Below, piece by piece: positions 47,813 through 59,518 of a DNA stretch of 64,000 nt. The notes under the pieces were generated by a model. It saw nothing but the letters and a program-made list of their open reading frames with translations, was not told the DNA's origin and made no database searches. Source of the DNA: Podarcis melisellensis (Eukaryota); assembly GCA_964234715.1 (NCBI GenBank), contig OZ174290.1, one strand, 5' to 3'. The translations under genes were made by a program, and so were the position numbers. Position 1 is the stretch's first letter, and every line of letters begins with the position of its first letter.

Positions 47813-50800
47813 CTTCCAAGAAGTACAAAGCGGAATTCTCGCTTTGCAACAAGGAGTGAAAGTTAGGCCAAGAGACTGATTCACCCAGTCAGCACCACCA
47901 TGCTGAAATCCCTGCTCAATCTGCTTTTGCCACACTATCATTTCTGCCCAATGGTTGAGCCTCAGCGTACTTGGCGATTCTGTGGTCCTCTCTGGGCCAC
48001 CATTGTTTCTATAGGCAAGGTTGGATGACATTATGTAGCATCTTCTCCCCCAGGGACTGACCTGACTTCTTCTCTCTGGTATCAGAGTAGAGGCCTTTTC
48101 CGTCCTGCTTGGGGATGCCCAGTCGACTGTGCACATCGGAGAGAGGCTCACGGTGGGACGTGGAGGGGCTTCCAGGTGGGGTGTGGGCTTCTGGGGAGTG
48201 CGGCCTCTTGCCAAGCCTCTGCCGAACATCTGGAAACAATGGAAGGAACAGTCACCCACTGGACTTAATTCTGCTTGCTATTATCCCCACATTCCTCTAC
48301 CTGCTGCAAAGCACCCGTACCAAGCTGTGTGTATGGCAAGAAGCCTTTGATCCAGACGTCAGACGGAAGGGTAGCAGTGACAGAAGGTTGGGAGAGGATA
48401 AAGGTAGAGCAGAGGAGGAAGACAATCCTGGGAAGACAGGGGGAAAGCTGGCCCAGGATGAGATCACAAAGTGTCCCCTTCTGAAATGGATTCTGCGAGG
48501 TAGCAATGAGCCTCGTTGGCTTTCCAGCTCCAGGGTGGCATGTAGGAGCATGGTAGGTGCTGAAGCTGAGGACCCTCCCAGCAGGCAACTTTTAAGGATC
48601 AAAAGGGCCAATCAGAAGGCAATACAGCAATTTGCAGCTTCACCAGATGTTTGCTTCAAAGCATGGGAAAATGCGAGAAGGAAACTGGAGGGTTGGGGGA
48701 TCTCAGAGGTGACTTTGTTGAACATACAAAAGACATGAAACTCCTTCCTCTTCGGGCAAATAATTTTCTTATTTATGTACAATGCACTGTACTGTGTGTA
48801 TTCAAAGTGCTTCCAGGGCATTGTATATCAATAATACAAAAACGCTTACAAAAACTAGATCTCCCTAAAGCAGAAGCAGACTGGAGCAGCACCCTGACAG
48901 AGAGGACCCCCATACCTGATCTCACGGAGTTCAGTGGCTGGCGTGGGCTGGGGTTTCCCTGCCGCTTTTCCTCCAAGAGGAGCCGCACATCAGCCACTTT
49001 CTCTGAAGTCCCTTTGCTTCCAATTCGGTTCTTGATGTTGCTGGCTGCAACACTATCTGCTCTCATCGAGTTCCTGTGATGTTTAAGGAAAAAAAGAAAA
49101 ACAATCCCTAATTGGCCCAAGGCTGTCCAAAAGGCCTTTCTGCATGGGGGAGGGGGTTTTTGGGGTGCAGGTGTGCCTGTTGGCGGTGGGGTCAATATTG
49201 CACCCTGGAAAGAAAAAGCTGAGGCACGTTGCTTTTGTTTCTCCTCTCTCTCCCTCAGTGTGCTCCCAAAAGTGGTGGAGAGGCTAGCAGATCAGGCCTT
49301 ATACCAAAATAAAGATGCAAATTCCTCCTGTGTAGCTGGAAGACCCTCTCACACTCTGCCCCACTGAGCCAATGAGGATGTGCCTCCCAGGGAAACTAAA
49401 GGCCTTGAATGCAGAAGGCCCAGCCAGCCCTGGCCACCCGAGAAAGGGCAGAGCTCACACACTGGCACTCTGGCCACCACCTCTCCCTCCTGGCCCTAAT
49501 GGGATGGCTCAGGCCACTGCTGCTTCACTAGGTTGCCTTTCTGAGAATCGGAGGCCTAGTGGTCATACCTGATGCTCTTCAGCTGAGACTCCACCTCGTC
49601 GGCATACATGGTCATCTTCATGCTCTTCTTGGGGGAGGGAGTGGAGATCATCTTCAGCTCCAGGTCATAGTCCATTTCATCCGAGTCAGACTCACTGGCT
49701 GCACTGGACCGCCGAGAGGCACTCCGCTCCCGCGACTGCTTGAAGGCCTGCAGCTCATCCCTGTACTCCACAACCACCCGGTCGTCTTCATCCATGTCCT
49801 GATCATCATCATCCTCCTCCTCCTCTTCCTCCTCAATAGGTTCCTCAGGAACATTTACTAAACCTGCAGGGCAAGAAAGTCATTTTAAGAGACCGCATCA
49901 GAACTGCAGAGTAGGGAGGGAGTGACCTCAAAGTCATCCAGCCCAACCGTCTTGGGAAGGAAAGCCTTCACCACAGCAACACCCTTGAAGGGAGATGACC
50001 TCTCCTGGTCTCTGCTGGAAAAAGTCTACAAAAGGATAACTCGCCACCTTCCCAAGTATCCCAGCAATGGCTGGAAAGTCCATACTGGGGCAGAACCCGC
50101 CCTACCAAGGTGCAGCAAGGGGCACATGGGGGAAATAAAGTAGGCAAAGGCCAAGGCAAAATAAATGGACCCGTTTGCATCCCAATACAAGCCTATATGC
50201 TCTGAAATCACCATCACTAATTATACTCAATAGTATGAAATGGTATGAAATAATTGTACTCAATAATATGAAATGGATTTTAAGTTTTTAAAATAAGCCC
50301 TATAAATGGGCTAGCTGCTAATTAAAGTACAAGATCACAACTTCCAGAATATTGTTGGAAAGTTCTTATGTTGGTTTTTAAATTAACTGTATAAGAATAA
50401 AATGGTTTTTCCCTTGTATTCTTGTCTTGTATGGTTGTTTTTGTTTTGTATGGTTGTTTTTTTTATTAAATAAAATCATTTCTGGTTTTCATAAGGAGTA
50501 ATTTTTGTGCCTTCAAACAGTAGTCAGCCGGAATGAGCCTGGCTCAGCTTACTAGAACCATTTTTGTTCTCACAAGACTCTTCTGTACTTCCTTGAAATA
50601 TTCATCCCGCACCCTGCCTGCTTTTCAGGGTGCTTCATTACCAGGCGTCTCTCTCTTTAGAGGCTGTTGGGTTAAACAGTATTCTAATGCCACATTTCAG
50701 AGACAAAGCTGCATGACACATGCAGGCTATCTACGTGACCTAAAACAGGGAACAGCAACAATGAAAAATCCAGCCCAACATCTTTTAATGACCAGACATC

Positions 50801-53800
50801 GGGCAGCAAAAGGGTCTTTTCCCCTTGGCTGTGCTCAGAGACCAGCTGCCTTTGCAGCTTAACAACTGATGCCTGATTTTGCATCTTTCTTCCTGCCTCC
50901 ATTTTTTCCTTTCAGGCCATATCTCTTAGACTGTAAGTTTGAAAGCAGGAACAGTCATGCATTTTACTGATTTGTAAGCCACTCTGGGAACAAACTAACC
51001 ATGTTTTGAATAAGCAAAGCAAATTAAAACAAAAAGGTCCTTGCCCAACATGTCCTTGGGGTTCCCAGAGAAAATTGCATGACCCCTCAAGCAGCCGCAC
51101 ACCTTCAAGCAACCAGAGGTGTTGGCTTGAACCTCTCAAGCAAGCCCCTGACGGCAAGCAAGGCCACCCTCTTCCCCAGCATGCCGATTCCACAAGGCCC
51201 CTCTGCAAGCCAATAGCTTCCTCTGCCAAGGGGTTTTGCTTGCATGCAGAATCCAGCCGCTGTCTTTGTTTGGGAAAAGGAACCCTAAAGGAAGGCTTTG
51301 CTGTTCTCTGCTTTTGCAAAGCCCACAAACCACATGGGGACACATTGCACCTGTAGCTCTCAGGTACCTGAGTGGCGATGTTTGTAAGGAGGTGTGAGGC
51401 CAACATCATCCCCAATGAGAGTCCTTTTCTTAATCACGTCGCGGTGGAGCCTGCGTGAATGGTATCTCCGCTTCCTGGAAAGCCACAAAGAGATGACACA
51501 GCTGTCACATACACTACCACCAGGAACAGAAGGAAATACCTGTCTGTTCCCTTCCCCGGCAGGGTGGGTCACAGAGCTATAGGCTGCCTCCCTTCCTCAC
51601 TCACCAGGAGTTGCTCAATATGCCTTTCATGCCTCCATAATTGGGATTCCCATATTTCATGTAATACTGGCTCCTCCTGGCAGCCCCAAGCTCCTTTTTG
51701 TCATCTGCAGGAGCAAAGCACAAGCTCAGGGACTACCGTCGGATACTTGCTTTAAAAGTGCCCATCGTATCAAGAACCCCCAATCGAAAACAATTCAAAA
51801 AACAGGATGCAATTTTAATCAGCAAGGCAGCAGCACAGGCAAGACACACACACCCCAACAACTAAAAAGGCCAAGGGAAGACTCAATTGCCATTCCACCC
51901 ACCTAACCTCAGAAAATGTGTTTTCATAGAGCATCTAAGACCAAGCCAGGAGGAAGTGGGAGAGTCCTGCTGGAGGAGGAACCACCCGTCCTGTTTATTT
52001 TTATATAAGAACAAACCATCCCTGCAGGGGACGCACTTTACCTCTGGTAGCAAACCTCATGAAGAGCTTGTTGCCTTTGGCCAGTTTACTGGCTGGACGC
52101 AGGTCATTCCGCAAGAGGGAGTCTTCCTCCGCCTGGGAGAGTGTGTCCAGCTGTGGAAAGAACACCTGTTAGGCTCAATCTCTCTGCAGGGGTGGAAACT
52201 ACTGCAAAGGCCTGATTGTTAAAAAGGGGCAGCAATTTCAGCTTTGCCTGAAGTCACATTGTGGGTGCGGAGAAGCCCAGAGGTCCTGTACCCCAGGGTT
52301 CAGAGAACGATCCCAGTAAGGGGTGGGGGAGGGCTTCTTGGAAGCATATGGCTGCCCTCTGAGGGGAGGAAGCAGGAGGCTTAACCAGATAGGCCACTTT
52401 GGTGTGCTCCAGCAAGACTCTGCTTGCCTTCTCGACATTCCATGGGAGCAGGGAGGAGAAAGAGAGAAGTGTTTTTATATGGATAAATAGCCAAGTATTT
52501 GATTGCTGAAAGGTGCTCTTTCTGGCAGCCTTAACATTATCAGTTTTTTATTACAGCTTGAAAAACAAGGAAAACATGATACAGAATACCCTGGGGGTAT
52601 AGGGTGGTATACAAATGTAATAAATAACAACATCATCAAGTACCAAGCACTTTTTAAACATAAAAACTAAGAGAGAGAAAAGAAGGGGGGAAAGCAAAAT
52701 ACTTCCGATTCTTTGTCTATCGGGTATATAAACTTATGCAAAATACTTGCTCTTCTACTTTCCATAAACAATCCTTTTTTCAGTCCTTAAAGCAGTAGAA
52801 AATATTCCTAGGCAAATGGGGAAATGAGTAAGTCTGCATCAGAAAATGTTCGGATGCCCAAGTGAAACATGCCTAATTTAGCACGTTTATTCTACTTTTA
52901 TTCTTTAGAAACTGCCATGTTCACCTAATGTTTATCCGACGCTAGCACCCATTCACTGTTACTAGTGAATTTTCCATGGAACTATAAAGCAGTGAAAATT
53001 TCCTGCCCCAGCCTCCTGCACTGACCTCGGTCTCATTTGAATGGTCGTCTTCCACCTCGCCCTCCTCCGTCTCGTCATCAGAGCTCTCTTCCTGTTTCTC
53101 TGAAATGAAGTTCACACAAAAATGAATGTCAAAAGGTGGTGTGTGCCATTGGATGATGTGCTGCTTCACCACCTCCAACTGCCACAACTCCATAGAAACC
53201 ACCCCATGAAGTGGGATCCCTCCACATGAAGGAGGGGAGAGGAGCAAGCAGCTTGTGCAGCATCACACCAGCACCCTGAGCCATGTGGGGCTGAGAAGCA
53301 CAAGTCCATCTACAAGAGGGAACTCAACTGAGCACGTTCTCAAGGTAGAGCTTTGCTTTCTCACTGAACAGTGAGGGATGATGATATTCAAAAGGGCACG
53401 CAGCTAAAGGGCAGGGAACCTGCTCTGCATGCATATGGCCCCAGGCAGCAGCAGTGGGGCTGGGAAAGGCATGGAGCCCTGAAGGAACAGAGGATGCTGC
53501 CCTATGAGACCGAGACAGGCCGCTGGTCTCTCCAGCTCAGTACTGCCTACACTGACTGGTAATGCTCTCCAGGGCTTCGGGCAGAGGGGGTGTAACCAAT
53601 GTCAATCTCACAAAATTTAAGGGTATGTGAAGTCACATCTATTAGTTTGAATGGCTTTGCTCTGAGCAGCACTAACAATGGTTGCCACCCTGGGGTTTTT
53701 CAGTGATCCCAAGGATCTGCATACCAAGGGGTTGCTCTGCCAGTGAGCTCAGGCCCTTTCTGTAAAACATTCAATGTTGTCTCAGTGATGTAACTCAGTG

Positions 53801-56800
53801 CCAGGCAAGCAGTTTCATAAGCACATCTAACCTGGGCTGCAGGTAGCCACCTTGAGGGTCCCATGTGCCAGGATGAAAATGTGACCACAAACATCAATTT
53901 TTAATATATGACTGTGCACAGCTGCCTTACGCTGCCAGATTCCGCTGGCAGCTATGGCAGCTCTCAGAGGTCCTTCCCAGCCCTGCCATCCCAGAGTCTT
54001 TTCTCCCTGGTGACAGAGACACAGCACACTGAACTTTGAACCCTGGGCTTCTGCCACCCCGCTTGTAGCCTTTTCTTGAAGGAGCTCCAGGAAGCAGCGA
54101 CTTTACAATGGGATTTGTCCTTTGCAAGGCTGAGAAACAGTGAGGCCTTGAACCAGCACTTCACACAGCCGAAAGCAATACTCCAACCAGTGTGCCACCC
54201 TAGTTGGTCCCAAGGGTGGCACTCCAGACATGCACTGAGCAGCTCTGAGTGCAGATGCCCAGGCGAGCCATGCCTCAAATGCCAGAGCTCAGGGGCTCCC
54301 TCCCCAGGGACCAAGGAAAGGTCAGCTTCCAGAAGCATCTACCTTTCTTGCTTGCTTCCACCACCTTCTTGCTGTTTTCTTGGGGTTTCATCTTCTCCTC
54401 CACAGGCATAGAGCTCATGTTGATGAGCGCTCGGGTGGCTGTTACCTCGTCAAGCCAGACAACGTTGCCTTCAAGCAAAGCAGAGAGCCAGTCGGTGGCC
54501 CAGCCAGATAAAATGACAGTGCTGCAATGTCCCAATGCACAGGGCAAGCATGAAGCTTTGTTACGGTTTGCCTTGTGCATGAGGTGAACAATCCTGCACT
54601 GTTAGCATCTAAACACAGAATGGGGAGCGGGGGGACATGACAGACAGACAGACAGAACTGGGCCCAATTCACCCCACATCAGCCAAGAGAGCCGGGGGGT
54701 TACACACCCTCAGCAACTTACATGAAGTGTCATCCAGCCACTCGATGTGAGCAGGAGGATACTCCTTGAAATAGGCAAAGATGTCCTGGGTGCTCATTTC
54801 ATCAACACCACAAACGTAGATGGTGTCCAGCCGGACTTTTGGGATGGCTGCAAAGAAACCCATTATCTCCTTTAGCTGCCAGCAACAGGAAGGAGAAACA
54901 CACGATGGGGAAAGGGAAAGGAAGGGCACGAGAGGCCTCACTAGGTGGCAATGATGAAAAAGTCATTGCAATTTGTAGAGAGGCAAAGAACTGCAAGAGA
55001 GGAAGATGGTGGAGAGAATAACAACCCACCTCATGAGACATTTTTTAGGGGCAGGGTTTGAGAAAAACTATTGCGACTATTTTATTTTAGATTGAGTCAG
55101 TTATGTTTTAAAGAGAGGGTTTAAAACTATTTGCATTGTAGCAGCACTTGCTCCAGTTTATTGATAAAGCTGACTCTTCTTTCCAATTTTTAAAAATCCT
55201 CTAGTTTACTACAATGCTGATGTTTTCTGTATTCAGTATCATTTCTCTCGCCCTTTTCCTATATATTCTCAACAGGTAAAAGCCAAGCTGTTGGGCTCAA
55301 TCTCCAACATGGGGGCATATTTACGTAGAAAAAAATATAAACCACTTAATAAAAGCAAGTCTAAGCAGTGTACATACATTAATTCTCAATAATAAAATCA
55401 CCCTCAAAATTGGCATACATAACTAGATTATGCCTGTGCTGCCAACTGAAACAGTATAGTTAGCATGCCTGTCTAACGTTAACATTTGCCATTCTTGTTT
55501 AATAAACTGGGACATTTATATTTCTAAATTTATTAACAGTAAAAAGTATATTTTATATGATTATGTATAACTTAACACATGGATATCGGTATTATTTCTG
55601 TGATCATTACATTTAGAAGAACATAGCAAACTATGCTTCTTAGTATTAAACTAAGTTTAGTGCTGGTAAGAAATAATGCATATATTTCCATTTCCTTTAA
55701 AAAAAAAAACAACCCCAGAAAATATCGATTTTCCCCAATGCTTCAAAATTTCCAGAAATTTTATATATTGATGTCCCCACAGCCCGTTACACATGAACAC
55801 TTTAAACATTGTAACCCAAAGTGCTTAGCCAGAAGGCTCCACATATTTATACCACAAGTCATTTCTTACAGATATGATAGCTTGTGAAAAACTGGAAGTT
55901 TTCCACCAACAGCCTCTTCTCCCAAGTAAATAGATTTTATTGCTTTATAAAACAAGAAAACTCACGAGGAGGAAAAGCCCCTCCTTCACAAAGGCCAGCT
56001 CTGGAATCCCCTGATACAGAAAGGAGCCTGAAGCTCCAGAAGAACAAGATCTCTAGTTGCTTAAGCCCCTTTCTAAGCCACACACAGCTCCAAATACCTT
56101 TCTTCACCATGTCTCGGTCCAACGCCACGTTTCTTTGTGCGAGATTCACCTCTGCACGGAAATGAAAACGCTTTGCTCTTTGCTCCTTCTTCTCGATGGC
56201 TTCCTACAAAAAGCAAAGGCATCAAAAGGAGAAAGAGCCAGCTAGTCAGGCATCATAGGCAAACCAGGAGTCATAGAGCAGCTGGCTCCTGACACAGGAG
56301 GAACAGAGAAAGTTCATCACAAAACCCTACAGCTAAATCCCTCGTCTGACAAAGGATTGCCTCATTACCTGACACAGAACAGCAACAAAACTTATGGTCT
56401 GGTACTTCAGGAATGACAAGCCTGTTCCCTTACAACAAGCCTCCATGCAGTTTGGACACTTCTGCCTCTCCCAAACTGGGTGACGAAATCCAAAGTAAGT
56501 ATGGTGGGTGAAGTAAAACCTAGAGCCGAGTTAGCGTTGCAGCAAAAAGTGCCCAAAGGAGTGGCTTAAAACAGGGATGCAAACATCTGAGGGAGAATGC
56601 TGGAGGCTGGCTTTTGAGGTACTTACAACAGTTTGGTGACACAAACTCTCTTTGGGTTTGATGGCTGGAACCTTCCTCTCAGAAGACAGGCGTCAACTGG
56701 CATAAAAGGCTGTTTGGAAGCAAGTCCTAGCTCTACTGCTAGTACCAGCAGACCCCCCCCCCAACAAAAAAGGGAACAGTTTCCTTTCTGAAGTAAAACT

Positions 56801-58759
56801 CCTCTTATAAAACAGGGCAGTAGAGGGGCTTTGCAGCCTCAATGCCATGGGATACTTCGTGTAGCTGTGACACAGCCATCCACAGCTGCCAAGAACTGCT
56901 TTCCAGCTGCCTAGGGAGGTCTCCCCTGCTGAGAGCCTGCCTCTCTCCACCTGGCCTAGGGCAGGGCCTGGCTGGCCTCATAAGGATTGCTGCTGCGGTT
57001 GCTGTCCAACAAGGACTGGGGTATTTTGGGGGAAGTTTTGTTGGGAGTTTTTGCTGTTGTTACTGATATTAACTTTTTGTATATTTTTATGTGGAAATTG
57101 TTCAGTTTGGTTATGTAGATTTTAATGTGTTATTTTTATGACTATTTGCTATGTTTGTAATTATGTAAATCTTTTCATATTGTAAGCCGCCTTGAGCATT
57201 GTTTTAACTCTGAAAAGGCGGCATACAAATAAAATTATGATGGATTCCCAGCAGCTGCCACCTTACGAGCCTCCTACATGTCCAGAGGTGGCATTCTCAG
57301 CCCTTCAAAATAATACCTACATAGGCTACAAAAACACAGAAAGAGCCATTTGGCTCAACCCCCGTAACAAACCCAGCCTCTTCAATAAAGTGTTACACAG
57401 AAATACTGTGTGCAACAGCCACAGACAGCTTGTGTCACAAACATAAAGGTGCCCACTGTCAACTGAATGCGTAAAAAACTAGAAACATAACAAATGATAT
57501 ATCAGTTGTAGAAAAATAGACCAACTGAGTCTGAAACCCGCCATTTGCTAGAGCAGGCATGTCCAACCTGTCGATCACGATTTACCATTTGACCGCAGGG
57601 CATCCCTTGTTAATTCTGGACGATTGCATGATACTGAAAGCTCCCCCGCCCCCAAAAAATAGCTCAACAACTTTGGTGCAGCCTCCCCCCAAAAAAGCTT
57701 GACACCTTTGGTCAATCCAATGGGAAAATCACTGCCAGTATTTTTATGGTGGGAGTAGACTGCAGTCTCTTGGGAGTTGGACATGCCTGTGCTATAGTTT
57801 CAGGTTTAGTGTAAAATCTCCAAGAACACATGGAATACCTTTGAAGTGACATCAATCCCAGTGATGAAGCTCCCAGCTTTGTTTTCGTATCTTCTGCTGG
57901 TGTCCTGAAATGAAAACAAAATCATAAGTGAAGCAGATAAGCAAGCTACAATTCTACATCGGGCAATACACAGGTGCTGCTTTTGAGGCCTCAGAATGCC
58001 AAAGGACACCAGACGAGAAACCGTTTACTGATAAAAGTGGGGAGCCCACCACTGTTGCCCACCTTCCTTCGAGAGCTCCAAACCAGGTGACCTTCTTCCT
58101 AGGGCCAATTCACAAGGCCGCTTCCACCTGCTGCAGCTTTTCCCTCGGCCAGGGCAAAGGGCAAGTGCAGCCAGCCGGCTCCCTCTGCCAAGCGACAGTA
58201 GCCCACTTAAAAAACAAAAGCGGGGCCTTCTTGAAAGCTGACCCCGCCACCCCCGTGTTACGTGGGGCTTGAGAGTGCCACGGGCGACCCTTTGTCTTGC
58301 GAGCTCTCGCCGACCTGCCAGAGCCCGGCCCTGAGTGAGGAGGCGGGTGCGGAGGGGTCGGAGGCCCCACGCATCGCCCTGCGGGGATGGGGGGCACGAG
58401 GCCCCTCTATCCGTGGTGAAAATGCACTCTGCCCATGCCCAAGGGAACTCTCTTCTCTCCCGACTTTGCAGGCCCGAGGCATTCCCGCCCCGGCCCCCTG
58501 TCTCCGTTACCGGCAGCAGCTCCCTCAGCGAGCGCCGCACCGGCACCTCCAGCTCCTCCTCTTCGCCGTCGTCGTCCTCCTCGTCTTCGTCGTCGTCTTC
58601 TTCTCCTCCGGCGGGGGCGGCCTCTGGCGGAGGAGGCGCGGCGTCTGGGCCCGGCGGGGACGGCCTGGCCTGCACCACCAGCAGCTCGCCCTCCTCCACC
58701 TCCATGGGCTCCGGCTCGGCCGCCTTCACGGAGATGCGGAGGCCCCGCACCGCCGCCAT
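45502..58759 (-). CDS. NCBP3: Nuclear cap-binding protein subunit 3 (C17orf85), complete CDS in 13 exons (1920 nt, 639 aa)
   Basis: Translation MAAVRGLRISVKA...DTSRRYENKAGSFITGIDVTSK...RRM-like IYVCGVDEMSTQDIFAYFKEYPPAHIEWLDDTSC...LPSLQIEISRESSSGSDTES* matches recalled NCBP3. All introns are GT-AG with compatible phases. Confidence 0.97.
46569..47033 (+). mobile_element. Older degenerate L2 3' fragment
   Basis: ITPILAQLHWLPISFQVQFKVLVLTYKA* with an in-frame stop; L2-type tail. Confidence 0.85.
47064..47810 (+). mobile_element. Young 5'-truncated L2-clade LINE in NCBP3 intron 12
   Basis: Uninterrupted ORF2 C-terminus (SRLDYCNSL...LQRVQNAAARLL...LHWLPV..RFKVLL), 3'UTR, (TTA)n tail and ATCTTC on both flanks. 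Confidence 0.92.
48062..48229 (-). CDS. NCBP3: NCBP3 exon 12
   Basis: Encodes VRQRLGKRPHSPE...SDVHSRLGIPKQDGKGLYSDTREKKS; TTCCAG|...G|GTCAGT. Confidence 0.94.
48916..49073 (-). CDS. NCBP3: NCBP3 exon 11
   Basis: Encodes NSMRADSVAASNIKNRIG...ADVRLLLEEKRQ; TCACAG|...G|GTATGG. Confidence 0.94.
49569..49863 (-). CDS. NCBP3: NCBP3 exon 10
   Basis: Encodes LVNVPEEPIEEEE...MISTPSPKKSMKMTMYADEVESQLKSI; CTGCAG|...AG|GTATGA. Confidence 0.95.
51368..51474 (-). CDS. NCBP3: NCBP3 exon 9
   Basis: Encodes KRRYHSRRLHRDVIKKRTLIGDDVGLTPPYKHRHS; TTCCAG|...G|GTACCT. Confidence 0.95.
51605..51704 (-). CDS. NCBP3: NCBP3 exon 8
   Basis: Encodes DKKELGAARRSQYYMKYGNPNYGGMKGILSNS; CTGCAG|...TG|GTGAGT. Confidence 0.95.
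52042..52150 (-). CDS. NCBP3: NCBP3 exon 7
   Basis: Encodes LDTLSQAEEDSLLRNDLRPASKLAKGNKLFMRFATR; CCACAG|...G|GTAAAG. Confidence 0.95.
53026..53099 (-). CDS. NCBP3: NCBP3 exon 6
   Basis: Encodes KQEESSDDETEEGEVEDDHSNETE; TTTCAG|...GAG|GTCAGT. Confidence 0.92.
54343..54468 (-). CDS. NCBP3: NCBP3 exon 5
   Basis: Encodes NVVWLDEVTATRALINMSS; TTGAAG|...G|GTAGAT. Confidence 0.93.
54722..54847 (-). CDS. NCBP3: NCBP3 exon 4 (RRM)
   Basis: Encodes IPKVRLDTIYVCGVDEM...WLDDTS; TTGCAG|...T|GTAAGT. Confidence 0.95.
56098..56203 (-). CDS. NCBP3: NCBP3 exon 3
   Basis: Encodes EAIEKKEQRAKRFHFRAEVNLAQRNVALDRDMVKK; TGTAG|...G|GTATTT. Confidence 0.95.
57554..57789. mobile_element. hAT MITE in NCBP3 intron 2
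   Basis: Perfect 14-bp TIR CAGGCATGTCCAAC; TSD TGCTAGAG/TGCTATAG. Confidence 0.88.
57839..57904 (-). CDS. NCBP3: NCBP3 exon 2
   Basis: TTTCAG|GAC...AAG|GTATTC. Confidence 0.95.
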
Positions 58760-59060
58760 CGCCTCACGAAAAAGCCGCCGCCGCCGCCGCCGCCGAGGGA
58801 GGGAGGGACCGGAAGCAGGAAGGGCCCACAGAGGGAAAGGGTGTCCGGATGTCCGTAGAGAGCGTCGCCGGAAAACGGCAGGGGGCGCCGGTGCAGAAGA
58901 GAGAAGAGGCACAGAACGGGCCCAGGACGAACGCTGTCTCGTCATCGCCCCCTTCAGGCGCGTCTCGGAACAAAACGTACCAACAGCTACCAGCAGGGTT
59001 TAGGCCGGGCCAAACTGGCGGACTCTGACCAGCAGCCTCTTCGGGGCGGGCAGGGAGCAC
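58100..59060 (-). promoter_or_regulatory. CpG island / NCBP3 promoter
   Basis: CpG-dense around exon 1; ETS-like CCGGAA motifs near 58810 and 58868; GC box GGGGCGGG near 59043. Confidence 0.8.
58511..58759 (-). CDS. NCBP3: NCBP3 exon 1 (83 aa)
   Basis: GCGATGG start; donor CCG|GTAACG. Confidence 0.93.
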
Positions 59061-59104
59061 GTTCTTCTCACTGCAGCTGCTGCCACCTTCTTCATCTCTG
59101 GTGT

Positions 59105-59250
59105 GCTTGTCCCCTCCCTCCATAAATTGGTCCAATCCCTCTCTAAACCCATCCACGTTGGCAGCCACCACTGCCTCTTCTTGTGGCAGAGAGTTCCACA
59201 GTTTAATTCTGCGCTGCTGCATAAAGAAGGTCCTTTCTCTGTTTTGCTTG
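59105..59250 (-). mobile_element. CR1 fragment abutting the NCBP3 promoter
   Basis: FFMQQRRIKLWNSLPQEEAVVAANVDGFREGLDQFME. Confidence 0.8.
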
Positions 59251-59337
59251 TGCATCGCCTTCCCTTCAGCTTCAAGGGAGCAGTCCATTTGAACACTGGG
59301 GCTCTGAACTCTGCATCATCTCTTATTATTCTATCAA

Positions 59338-59518
59338 CTGGGACCCAATTCATGGGGCCGAGGTCCCTTTGGCCCCCCAGTAAAATATTTGAGGGCACTG
59401 CCCCCCCCAAAGTTGATGGGCATTGCCATTCAGATGGTGTGCATGCACCACATCTTGTGATTGATTATGCAGGGCTTAGCTGGGCCTCCCCAATGTTTTA
59501 TTCAAATTGGCACCCCTG
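59338..59518. mobile_element. Degenerate hAT-like MITE
   Basis: Right end CAAATTGGCACCCCTG with a degraded complementary left end. Confidence 0.4.

Noticed and set aside
58025-59028. 306-aa ORF and antisense 198-222-aa ORFs at NCBP3
   Set aside because: Only 58511-58759 matches NCBP3. The remainder is UTR or intron read-through in a CpG island.
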